Positions 19,709 to 28,430 of a stretch of DNA of 64,000 bases are shown here, one piece after another (the first letter of the stretch is position 1; every line of letters begins with the position of its first letter). This DNA comes from Candidatus Latescibacterota bacterium. GTDB taxonomy: Bacteria; Latescibacterota; UBA2968; UBA8231. The notes beneath the pieces are model-generated. The model was given only the letters and a program-made list of their open reading frames with translations, ran no database searches and was not told the DNA's origin. Location: positions 864,001-928,000 of the forward strand of contig CBDCXV010000010.1 of assembly GCA_965223905.1 (NCBI GenBank). Direction: 5' to 3'. Made by a program: the position numbers and the translations under genes.

Positions 19709-19939
19709 CTGGGGCCCGTGGTCTGCAGCTCACCGGGGAAGGGAAGCATCCGCCGGCGCGTAGGCGCCGGTTGAAACCGCCCGGGGGAACCCCTTGAGGG
19801 AGCTGGTCCTGGCTACAGCCCGCGGGATCCTCTTGAAGCAGCCGGGCGGGGCGGCCGCCCGCAGCAACCCCTTCAAGTGTCCAGGCCAGCTCGCGAACCT
19901 CGCTCCGGCCTTCCCCGCAAACGGACTTCCCGACACACC

Positions 19940-20890
19940 ATGGAACCTCCCGTAACCGCGGACCGGATCGAGCGGGTCGCCGTCGTCGGGGCCGGCCTCA
20001 TGGGCCACGGGATCGCCCTGGAGCTCGCCCTCGCCGGCCTGGAGGTGCGCATGCACTCGCGCACCCGGGCGAGCCTGGACCGGGCCCGCGCCCGCATCGA
20101 CGCCGGCCTCGACTACCTCGCCGGCCTCGGCCGCATCACCGGGGAACAGGCGGAGGCGGTCCCCTCCCGCCTGCACGGCTCCCCCGATCTCGAGGAGGCG
20201 GTATCCGGCGCGGACTTAGCCATCGAATCGGTGTTCGAGGACCTCGAGCTCAAGCGCCGGGTGTTCGCCGACCTCGACCGCCTCTGCCCCGAGCGCGCCA
20301 TCCTCGCGAGCAACACCTCGGGACTGATGCCGGACAGCTTCGTTCCGGAGACGGAACGGCGCGACCGCGTTCTCGTCACCCACTACGCCAACCCGCCCCA
20401 CCTCATCCCGCTGGTGGAGGTGGTGCCGGCAAGCGCAACCTCGGACGCCGCCCTGCAAGCCGTCTGCTCGCTGCTCGAGCGCGTGGGCAAGCGCCCGATC
20501 GTCGTCCGCAGGCAGGTCCCCGGCTTCGTCCTCAACCGCCTGCAGTTCGCCCTCCTGCGCGAGGCGCTCTGGCTGGTCGAGAACGGGGTCGCCACCCCCC
20601 GGGACGTCGACTACGCCCTCAGCAACAGCATCGGCCGCCGCTGGTCGACGGCCGGCATCTTCGAGGTGTTCGAGCTCGCCGGGTGGGACCTGGTGGCCTC
20701 GATCGCCGGCAACCTCCTCCCCCATCTCGCCTCCGGACCGGAGGTGCCCGGGCTGCTGCGGGAGAAGGTGGCCCGCGGCGAGCTCGGGGCGAAGACGGGA
20801 CGCGGTTTCTACCAGTGGACGCCGGAATCCGCGGAGGACCTGAGACGGCGGATCGCCGCCGCCCTCGTCGAGATCGAGAAGTGGCAGTGA
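19940..20890 (+). CDS. 3-hydroxyacyl-CoA dehydrogenase family protein
   Basis: GAGLMG, ESVFEDLELK, ASNTS, HYANPPH..PLVE, PGFVLNR. Confidence 0.93.
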   Translation: MEPPVTADRIERVAVVGAGLMGHGIALELALAGLEVRMHSRTRASLDRARARIDAGLDYLAGLGRITGEQAEAVPSRLHGSPDLEEAVSGADLAIESVFEDLELKRRVFADLDRLCPERAILASNTSGLMPDSFVPETERRDRVLVTHYANPPHLIPLVEVVPASATSDAALQAVCSLLERVGKRPIVVRRQVPGFVLNRLQFALLREALWLVENGVATPRDVDYALSNSIGRRWSTAGIFEVFELAGWDLVASIAGNLLPHLASGPEVPGLLREKVARGELGAKTGRGFYQWTPESAEDLRRRIAAALVEIEKWQ

Positions 20891-20915
20891 CCCGGCACAG
20901 TCCGAGCGGGCGCCG
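20828..20915 (+). repeat. 88-bp direct repeat copy 1 (dehydrogenase 3' end plus DMT 5' start)
   Basis: Matches 22918-23005 with one mismatch. Confidence 0.95.
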
Positions 20916-20922
20916 GGGGCGT

Positions 20923-21063
20923 GCACGCATCCGGATCGTGGCCACAGCTGGCAGTCCGCAATCGATACCGCGGCCAACCTGCACCTGACCGCCGCGGGGA
21001 CAGAACACATCTGCGAGTTCTTCCTGTACCCGAACGGTTTCCGCTACGACCGCTAGAGGATCT
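20923..21063 (+). pseudogene. Degenerate fragment of the enolase-superfamily gene
   Basis: Aligns with ~24892-25037 (e.g. accgcggccaacct, acacatctgcgagttcttc, tgtacccgaacgg), with substitutions and indels. Confidence 0.88.
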
Positions 21064-21106
21064 GCGAGCGGGGGCGAAAGTGGTCTTTGCCAGGATTTGC
21101 CCTTCA

Positions 21107-21158
21107 TGTATATGTTAAAGGCCAAAATTCCCCAAAAATGTGAATTTTAGCATATACA
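21107..21158 (+). promoter_or_regulatory. AT-rich inverted repeat, likely AbiEi autoregulatory operator
   Basis: TGTATATGTTAAA (21107-21119) and TTTAGCATATACA (21146-21158), one mismatch, just upstream of abiEi. Confidence 0.6.
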
Positions 21159-21170
21159 CTATACACCGCC

Positions 21171-21977
21171 ATAAACGCACAGACTGCCATACCCAAGGGA
21201 CGCCGCAGGCTGGCCGCCGTTGTTCGGGAAGCTGGCGACATCATCCAAATCGCCGATGCCGAACATGCCCTGGCCGTCAGCCGTTCCGACGCCGCCAAGC
21301 TTCTCTCCCGTTGGAGCGGGCAGGGCTGGCTGCGGCGCGTCGGCCCGGGCGCCTACGCACCAGTTGGCCTTGACTCCCTTGCCAGCGATCGGGTTCTCGA
21401 TGATCCCTGGGTGCTGGTGCCTGCGCTCTTCATGCCGGCCTACATCGGCGGCCGGACTGCCGCCGAACACTGGGACCTTACGGAGCAGATCTTCCGCGAC
21501 ATTGTTGTGATGACAGCGCGAACCGTGCGTGCGAATAGCCAGCAACGCCATGGCGCGCACTTCACCCTGAAGCATGTCCGGCAGGGTATGATCTTCGGGA
21601 CGAAGACAGTCTGGCGCGGAAAAACCCGGATCGACGTATCGGACGTTCACCGCACCATCATCGACATGCTCGACGTTCCGGACCTTGGAGCCGGCATCCA
21701 GCATGTTGCCGACTGCCTTGCGACCTATTTCGACCGCAAGGACAGGGATGACGACAGACTGATTGCCTATGCGGGCCGGCTCGGTAACGGCGCCGTATTC
21801 AAGCGCCTGGGCTTTCTGGCAGAAAGCGGACCCGGCACTGCCACACTTGTTGAGGCGTGCCGTGCGCGTCTGACCCAAGGCAACGCCAAACTCGACCCGA
21901 AACTTTCATGCCGCCGCCTCATATCCCGATGGCGCCTCCTTGTTCCTGAGAGCTGGGCAAAGGTGGCGTCCGCATGA
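21171..21977 (+). CDS. abiEi: Type IV TA antitoxin, AbiEi family (wHTH); apparent start codon is ATA
   Basis: Frame of ORF 21411 is open upstream through a wHTH (AAKLLSRW..QGWLRRVG.GAY) to ATA 21171; YIGGRTAAEHWDLTEQ, RTIIDML, KRLGFL. Confidence 0.8.
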   Translation: MNAQTAIPKGRRRLAAVVREAGDIIQIADAEHALAVSRSDAAKLLSRWSGQGWLRRVGPGAYAPVGLDSLASDRVLDDPWVLVPALFMPAYIGGRTAAEHWDLTEQIFRDIVVMTARTVRANSQQRHGAHFTLKHVRQGMIFGTKTVWRGKTRIDVSDVHRTIIDMLDVPDLGAGIQHVADCLATYFDRKDRDDDRLIAYAGRLGNGAVFKRLGFLAESGPGTATLVEACRARLTQGNAKLDPKLSCRRLISRWRLLVPESWAKVASA

Positions 21978-22891
21978 TCGACCGCCGCGAAATCCTCGAT
22001 ATTGCGGGTGTCCTTGGCTTGCTGCCCCAGGTTGTCGAGAAGGACTATGTGCTCGGCTGGGTCCTCGCCGGCATCTATCAGCACGCAGCTCTCGCAGAAA
22101 ACTGGATTTTCAAGGGCGGGACCTGCCTCAAGAAATGTTACTTCGAAACGCACCGATTCTCCGAAGACCTTGATTTTTCGCTCATCGATCCCTCTGACAT
22201 TGATCAGGAATTCCTGGTCGTTGTCTTCCGCGAGATCGGCGAATGGATCTATGAACGGACCGGCCTCGATATCCCCGAAGAGTTGCAGGAATTCGAGCTC
22301 TTTGAAAACCCGCGCGGCACGGTGTCTTGCCAGGGAAAACTCAGCTACCGGGGACCGATCTCTCCGCGCTCAGCCGGTCTGCCGCGCATCAAGCTTGACC
22401 TGACACTGGATGAGCTTCTTGTCCTGCCGCCACCCGAGCATGTCATCTTCCACGACTACAGCACCGGCGTGAAACCCCCTGTCCCGGCCACCTACCAGAT
22501 GGCCCTCGGTGAAATCGTGCTCAGGGAACGCACACTGCGCCTACCGGTCTCTGGCGCCGCCCAGTCATTCCTGGAAATCATCCGCTTTGCCGCCGTCAAC
22601 CATTTGTGCGTGGACTTGGAGTACGAGGGATCTGTCCGGAGGATTGAGCCCTATTCCCTGCGGCGCACCCGCCACGGCAAAATCGTCCTGCACTCAATAC
22701 AGGCCTCCGATGGTGGGCACCTCAGCTTCCGCGTTGACCGCATCCAGGGCGCGCAGACAACCGGGCAAAGTTTCCTCCCGCGCTATGCTGTGGAGCTGAG
22801 TCCGCAGGGCTCAGCGGTCAAAGCGGCTGAGGTTCACCCCCCGGTTGCCCTTGACCCCTCACAAGCGGTAGCCCGGGACATACCTGAATGA
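21974..22891 (+). CDS. abiEii: AbiEii-family nucleotidyltransferase fused to a WYL domain, probably with an internal in-frame deletion
   Basis: VEKDY, FKGGT, RFSEDLDF present; distal EK and RD.YD motifs absent; WYL RRIEPYSL...FRVDRI. Confidence 0.8.
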   Translation: MIDRREILDIAGVLGLLPQVVEKDYVLGWVLAGIYQHAALAENWIFKGGTCLKKCYFETHRFSEDLDFSLIDPSDIDQEFLVVVFREIGEWIYERTGLDIPEELQEFELFENPRGTVSCQGKLSYRGPISPRSAGLPRIKLDLTLDELLVLPPPEHVIFHDYSTGVKPPVPATYQMALGEIVLRERTLRLPVSGAAQSFLEIIRFAAVNHLCVDLEYEGSVRRIEPYSLRRTRHGKIVLHSIQASDGGHLSFRVDRIQGAQTTGQSFLPRYAVELSPQGSAVKAAEVHPPVALDPSQAVARDIPE

Positions 22892-22917
22892 TCGGGAAGC
22901 GTACCATTCGTCTCGAT

Positions 22918-23005
22918 TCCGCGGAGGAGCTGAGACGGCGGATCGCCGCCGCCCTCGTCGAGATCGAGAAGTGGCAGTGACCCGGCACAGTCCGAGCGGG
23001 CGCCG
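22918..23005 (+). repeat. 88-bp direct repeat copy 2
   Basis: Matches 20828-20915. Confidence 0.95.
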
Positions 23006-23909
23006 CGCCCTCGGACTGTGCCTCGCCGCGCTCGCCGTCTTTCAGTGGGGGACGCAGCCGGTGCTCCAGGCCATCCTCGTGCGCTCCCTGGAGGTTACCG
23101 CCGTCGGATGGATGCGTTTCGCCATCAGCGCGGCCCTGCTCCTGCCCATGGTGCTGCGCCGCGGCGGCCGCGAGCTGATCCGCCTGCGCGGCCGGCGCCT
23201 CCTCCTGCTGTCGGTCTGCGTCGCCGGTCTGCTCACAAACTACCTGACCTTCATGGCCGCCCTCCGCTACGTCAGCCCCGGCACCGCCCAGGTGGTCATC
23301 CAGCTCGCCCCGGTGCTGATGCTCCTGGGAGGCCTGTTCCTGTTCGGCGAGCCGTTCAGCCGGCTCCAGTGGCTGGGGATCGTTCTCCTGCTCGCCGGCC
23401 TGGCGCTGTTCTTCAGCCCCCGCTACGGAGATCTGGCCGGCGAGTTGCAGGGGTTCGGCCTCGGCATTCTGCTGCTGATCTTCTCCGCGGTGGCCTGGGC
23501 GGTCTATCTCCTGAGCCAGAAGCAGCTCCTGACCGCGCTGCCGCCCGAGGCGATCCTGCTGCCGATCTACGCCACCGGGACGATTATTCTGCTTCCCCTG
23601 GTGCGGTTCGCCGACTACGGCCGCCTCGACCCCATCCACCTCGGCCTGCTGGCGGCCACCAGCGTCCTCACCTTCACCTCCTACCTCTGCTACGCCCACG
23701 CCGCCGAGCACATCGAGGCCTCCCGGATCGGGGTTCTCCTCTCCCTGTCGCCGGTGGTCGTCTTCGTCATTGCGGGCATGTTCGCCCTGCTCCTGCCGGA
23801 CCTGACGAGGCCGGAGGAACTCAGCCCCGCCCGCGTCGGCGGGGCCCTGCTGGTCGTCGCCGGTTCCATGCTCGGGGCCCTGGGGAGCCCGTCCCCTCCC
23901 GGAGGCTGA
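22977..23909 (+). CDS. DMT/EamA family transporter
   Basis: About ten hydrophobic helices; WG, RF, LAPV, LFGE motifs. Confidence 0.92.
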   Translation: MTRHSPSGRRALGLCLAALAVFQWGTQPVLQAILVRSLEVTAVGWMRFAISAALLLPMVLRRGGRELIRLRGRRLLLLSVCVAGLLTNYLTFMAALRYVSPGTAQVVIQLAPVLMLLGGLFLFGEPFSRLQWLGIVLLLAGLALFFSPRYGDLAGELQGFGLGILLLIFSAVAWAVYLLSQKQLLTALPPEAILLPIYATGTIILLPLVRFADYGRLDPIHLGLLAATSVLTFTSYLCYAHAAEHIEASRIGVLLSLSPVVVFVIAGMFALLLPDLTRPEELSPARVGGALLVVAGSMLGALGSPSPPGG

Positions 23910-23983
23910 GGCCTGCCTGACGCCTCGGGCCCGGGGGCGTACCCGTGCACCTGAAAGCCCCATTTCCTCCACGGAGAAAGACA

Positions 23984-25225
23984 GTGAGCGAAGCCACGAG
24001 CCCGACCCCCATCGCCGACCGCACAGGCCGCGAAAACCTCACCATCACCGGCGTCAAGCTGACCCGCCTGACCTCCAAGCCGTCCGACGGCAGGTACGTC
24101 CACGAGTGCGGCCCGGTGGTGCTCACCAAGGTCGACATCGGCCTGCTGGAGATCTCCACTGCCGAGGGCCTGGTCGGCATCGGCGTCGAGCCCGCGGACA
24201 GCGACGGCGACTTCCGGCACCTGATCGGCCAAAACCCGTTCGACGTCGAGACTCTGGGCCTGTCCGCAGGGGCCGACATCGCCTGCTGGGACCTCGTCGG
24301 CAAAGCCAAGGGAGAGCCGCTGCACCGGCTGCTCGCACCGGAGCGCGGCAACCGGGTGCGGGTCTACGCCAGCGGCGGGGTGAACTGGACCTGGCACGAC
24401 CGCGGCGACGGCGGGCGGTTCGGCGCCGAGCAGCTGATTCAGGAGGCGCTGCAGTACCGGGAGATGGGGTTCGACACCTTCAAGTGGCGCCCCGGGACGG
24501 ACTGGGAAGAAGCCGGCGTCACCCCGGCCGAGTTGGGGAAGGTCTGCCGCCGCCTGCGCGAGGCCGTGGGCCCGGATTTCGACCTCGGCCTCGAGAAGAA
24601 GGGGTACGACTCATGGACGTACGGGGAGTGCCTGGAGATCGCCCCGGTCATCGACAACCTCGGTTTCCTCTTCTTCGAGCAGCCGATGGGAGACGCCGGA
24701 CCCGCTCAGTTCGACGACTACCTCGCGCTGAAGGAGCGCATGCCCGGCGTAATGCTGTGGGGCGGCGAGAGCCTTGAAAGCCTGGAGGAGATCAACCCGT
24801 GGCTGGAACGGGGGGTGTACGACGCCATGCAGATCGACGCGTCCAGACAGGGTCTAACGGAGGATCTGCGCATCGCCGGTGCCGCCCGGGAGCACGGCAT
24901 CCGCATCGTGCCCCATAACTGGCAGTCCTCCATCGGCACCGCGGCCAACCTACACCTGACCGCCGCGGCCGCGACCGGACACATCTGCGAGTTCTTCATG
25001 TACCCGAACGGGTTCCGCTACGGCCTGCTCAAGGATCCGCCGCGCCCGGTCGACGGCTGGGTTATCCTGCCGGACGGCCCCGGCCTAGGTATCGAGGTGG
25101 TGGAGGAGGTCGAGAAGCGCTTCCCCTACGAACCGGGACCGAACACCCTGCCCAACCCGCGTTTCCCCCACGCCCTGGACCGGGCCAGGGATCGAGAGCG
25201 GACGGTGCGGCAGCGGTACTCCTGA
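23984..25225 (+). CDS. Mandelate racemase/muconate lactonizing enzyme family protein
   Basis: DIACWDLVGK..GEPLHRLL, VYAS, FEQP, GGES, VPHNW, PGLGIE. Confidence 0.9.
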   Translation: MSEATSPTPIADRTGRENLTITGVKLTRLTSKPSDGRYVHECGPVVLTKVDIGLLEISTAEGLVGIGVEPADSDGDFRHLIGQNPFDVETLGLSAGADIACWDLVGKAKGEPLHRLLAPERGNRVRVYASGGVNWTWHDRGDGGRFGAEQLIQEALQYREMGFDTFKWRPGTDWEEAGVTPAELGKVCRRLREAVGPDFDLGLEKKGYDSWTYGECLEIAPVIDNLGFLFFEQPMGDAGPAQFDDYLALKERMPGVMLWGGESLESLEEINPWLERGVYDAMQIDASRQGLTEDLRIAGAAREHGIRIVPHNWQSSIGTAANLHLTAAAATGHICEFFMYPNGFRYGLLKDPPRPVDGWVILPDGPGLGIEVVEEVEKRFPYEPGPNTLPNPRFPHALDRARDRERTVRQRYS

Positions 25226-25362
25226 GGGGACAAAATCGGTAGTGGTATAGTTTTAAAACTTTAAGTAAGGTGCAGATGGAACCCCTGATACCTAAGGAGT
25301 ATCAGTTCTTTCTTTAATCATCGCCTATTGTCTGGTGGGGGAAAATCCTGTCAGTGGACGAC

Positions 25363-25540
25363 TTACGGCGCCAGCATTTTGATAATGCGCCTTGCCAACT
25401 GATCATTAATCTCCCGGTGGCGAGGAAACAGGTTGGGACAGCTTGGTCCCCGGATTTTGATACCAGTCGTGCCTGGCTCCATGCCGAATGAAAATACAAC
25501 CCATACTTTCCAAAGCTCGGATCAAGCCTCGCCGCTTCAT
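25363..25540 (-). pseudogene. hicA: HicA toxin, frameshifted
   Basis: MKRRGLIRALESMGCIFIRHGARHDWYQNP..QPV; removing one T (minus strand, ~25426) restores PRHREINDQLARRIIKMLAP*. Confidence 0.85.
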
Positions 25541-25728
25541 CCGATTTCCAACACAGCAGCCTCTCGCACACAAGGGATATGGCCGCCTGTGAGGTCGCCG
25601 TACAGATCCTTCAGGTTTTCACGCAACTCTTCTTGAGTCTCACCTTGGGTCCAATAATCAGGATAGCGCTCAAGGTAGCCAAGCCACATATCGCCATCCT
25701 TCCAGAAGACATACCTCTGATAATCCAT
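25537..25728 (-). CDS. hicB: HicB family antitoxin
   Basis: W.DGDMWLGY..YPDYWTQGET.EEL.ENL; GAGG RBS; ATGA overlap with hicA. Confidence 0.88.
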   Translation of the reverse strand: MDYQRYVFWKDGDMWLGYLERYPDYWTQGETQEELRENLKDLYGDLTGGHIPCVREAAVLEIG

Positions 25729-25917
25729 TCCCACCTCTCTCGATATGACCTTGTTTGCCGACGGTTTTCCGAGTCGCCACCCCGTGCCGATGATGCTTGC
25801 TGCCGTTCTTCTTGCCCGCCAAAGAATAAACCGGTCAGCGACGGGCAAACAAGGCGGTCCGTCGCGGTCTGCTGATGGAGAGAAGCTTACCGCCGCGATC
25901 CCTATTTCCACTTTCGG

Positions 25918-28005
25918 TCACCCCGCGTTTTCCAGGATCGCGACGTAGGCGTCGTAAAGATCCTGGATGTTCTCGACGTAATGCACCGGCTGGCCGCCGC
26001 GGCAGAAGCCGTAGCGCGCCCGCTTGTAGTAGGCCGGTTGCGACAGCAGGCGCATCGCCTCCTCCACCTGGCCGAACCAGCGGTCGGGATTCCACCCCTG
26101 CTCCCGCGCCAGGTGGCGGGCGTCGAGGAGGTGGCCGTAGCCGACGTTGTAGGAGGCCAGGGCGAAGCGGATCCGCTCCTTCACCGGGATCTCGCGGCCG
26201 AAGCGGTCGAGGAGCCGGTGCATGTACTTGGCGCCGGCGTGAATGCTCACCTCCGGATCCTTCAGGTTGCGGAATCCCAGCTGCTCCCCCGTCTTCGGCA
26301 TGATCTGCATCAGTCCCTGGGCTCCGACCCAGCTCACGGCATCCGGATCGAACTTCGATTCCTGGTACATCTGCGCGGTGAGCAGGCGCCAGTCCTGGCC
26401 GTAGCGCACCGCGTATTTCTTCGCCAGCCCGTCGAAGGGGGACAGCTGCCCGCCGAGGTCGACCCGCATGGAGTCCTTGGCGCGGGCGATGGCTCGCGAG
26501 CTCTTGAAGTACCTCTTCTTCATCATGTTGAAGAAGAGGCCGCCCTTCTCCCGTTTCACGTAGTGGTCGAGCGACGCGAGCAGGGCCGGGTTCCCCTTGC
26601 GCACCGCCCAGCCCAGCTCCGTCGACTTGATGCTGAAGGCCGCTTTCAGCCGGCGGCCGTAGGCGAGCTCGACGTCGAGCAGGTTGGAGTCGCACAGGGT
26701 GATGCCGTAGAGGCCCTCCTCGACCCCGGCGAGGATATCCTCGGTCTCCACGTCGTCCGGCAGCGCCACGATTTCCAGGCCCTCCAGTGAATCCTGCAGC
26801 GCCGTCAGGGTCGTGTAGAACGACGAGCTTGCGCGCACGTGGACGGTCCGCCCGGCCAGGTCGCCCAGGCTGGCGATCGAATCGTTGTCCGCCCGCACCA
26901 CCACCAGCTCGTCCACCTCGTTGTAGGGCCGGGTGAAGGCGGCCAGGGCCTGCCTCTCCGGGGTTATGGTCATGGCCGCGGCCACGACGTCCCCCTTGCC
27001 CTCGTTCAGGAAATGCAGCAACTCGGCGTGACTGTCCGGAATGACGATCTCGAGGCGCAGGCGGTGCTCGGTGGCGAACTTCTTCATCAGCTCGTACTCG
27101 AACCCGACCTGCAGGCCGCGGTGGATGAAATAGGTCATCGAGTTGTTGCGCGTGATCATGCGCAGGCGGCCGCGTTCGATCAGCCCGGGCAGGTCGTCGG
27201 TGAACTCCTGCTGGCGCCCGCGCGTGAACTGCCGGGCGTGGAGGAACTCGTCCACCTTCGCCTTGAGCTCGGTGTCGCCGGGCCGCATCATCAGGGCGAT
27301 CGGCCGCTCCATGGCCAGCACCAGCGGCGTCGCCAGACCGTCGTTGTAGCTGGACAGGGCCTGCCACAGGTGCGCGTCAGCCACGGTCGCCTCGTACTTG
27401 CCGCCGGCGACTCCTGCGAGTATTCCCTCGATGTTGAGGGTTTCCTCCACGGTGTCGATGCGCAGGGTGGGAACCTGCTTCTGAAGCTCGACCAGGGTCT
27501 CGTAGTACGAGCTCGACTTGCGCACGCTGACCTCCATGCCGGCGAGGTCGTCGACCGTCTCGGGGAGATCCCCCCCCGACCTCGTGACCAGGTACTCGTC
27601 GACGTGGAGATAGGGGACCGAAAACGCCGTCCGCTTCTGCCGGTCCGGGGTGATGGTCAGGCTGGCGGCGACCACGTCCCCCTCCCCTTCGAGCAGCTTC
27701 CCCATCATTTGCGAGAAATCCCCGACCTCGACCAGCTCGACTTTCAGCTTGAGGGCCTCGGCCAGGTCGCGGGCGATGTCGTAGTCGAGGGTCACCTGCT
27801 CCCCTTGCCGGGGCATGTAGGAGATCGCATCCAGCGGCACGATCACCCGCAGGACGCCGCGCGACCGCAGGTCGGGAAGATCGCCGGTGTATTTCGGAGC
27901 CGCCTCCGGGGTCTGCGGCGCGGGCGGTTCCTGCCCGGGATCGCCGCATTGCGCGAAGAGGCAGAGGGCGGTCAGCGAGGCGGGAAGGAGCAGACTGTTT
28001 CTCAT
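25918..28005 (-). CDS. mltF: MltF-like lytic transglycosylase with two tandem SBP-3 domains
   Basis: Two DL..L..RG.LR / GDVVAA.LTITP.R domains; SLT motifs YQESKF, GLMQIMP, ASYNVG. Confidence 0.88.
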   Translation of the reverse strand: MRNSLLLPASLTALCLFAQCGDPGQEPPAPQTPEAAPKYTGDLPDLRSRGVLRVIVPLDAISYMPRQGEQVTLDYDIARDLAEALKLKVELVEVGDFSQMMGKLLEGEGDVVAASLTITPDRQKRTAFSVPYLHVDEYLVTRSGGDLPETVDDLAGMEVSVRKSSSYYETLVELQKQVPTLRIDTVEETLNIEGILAGVAGGKYEATVADAHLWQALSSYNDGLATPLVLAMERPIALMMRPGDTELKAKVDEFLHARQFTRGRQQEFTDDLPGLIERGRLRMITRNNSMTYFIHRGLQVGFEYELMKKFATEHRLRLEIVIPDSHAELLHFLNEGKGDVVAAAMTITPERQALAAFTRPYNEVDELVVVRADNDSIASLGDLAGRTVHVRASSSFYTTLTALQDSLEGLEIVALPDDVETEDILAGVEEGLYGITLCDSNLLDVELAYGRRLKAAFSIKSTELGWAVRKGNPALLASLDHYVKREKGGLFFNMMKKRYFKSSRAIARAKDSMRVDLGGQLSPFDGLAKKYAVRYGQDWRLLTAQMYQESKFDPDAVSWVGAQGLMQIMPKTGEQLGFRNLKDPEVSIHAGAKYMHRLLDRFGREIPVKERIRFALASYNVGYGHLLDARHLAREQGWNPDRWFGQVEEAMRLLSQPAYYKRARYGFCRGGQPVHYVENIQDLYDAYVAILENAG

Positions 28006-28430
28006 TGATATGCCTGTTTCCTGATTTGCCATGGAGTTGTCGCGAAGGTGCGGATGATGATTGGCGCACGGAAAGTGCGGCGCCGGCGCAAGGAGTTGTG
28101 CGGACAGAAAAAGTACGAGCCGGTACCGGGGACACCAAAAAAACGCCCGCTCCCTTCAACGGTACGCGCCGGGGGCAGGTTCCTGCTGACGAACCAGACG
28201 AGGGGGGACTTACCGCAGGATTCATGGTTTCCGCGCCCCGTGAAGGCGGCTGGATTGCCCGAGGGCGGATCGCAGTTTCAGCGGGATATTCCCGCCGACC
28301 GCGAAGCCTGCGCCGGGCAACTCCCAAGACACCTGCCCCGCTTGACCTGACCCCCTCGAAAAGCCCCTTATCAATTCAGCGATATCGGACTTTACGAGAG
28401 TGAACTCCTGCCAGGGAAAGGCACAGGCAC

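Noticed and set aside
25285-25316. Hairpin CTGATAC/GTATCAG plus T-rich tail as a terminator
   Set aside because: Plausible between convergent genes, but the stem is weak, so it was not called.
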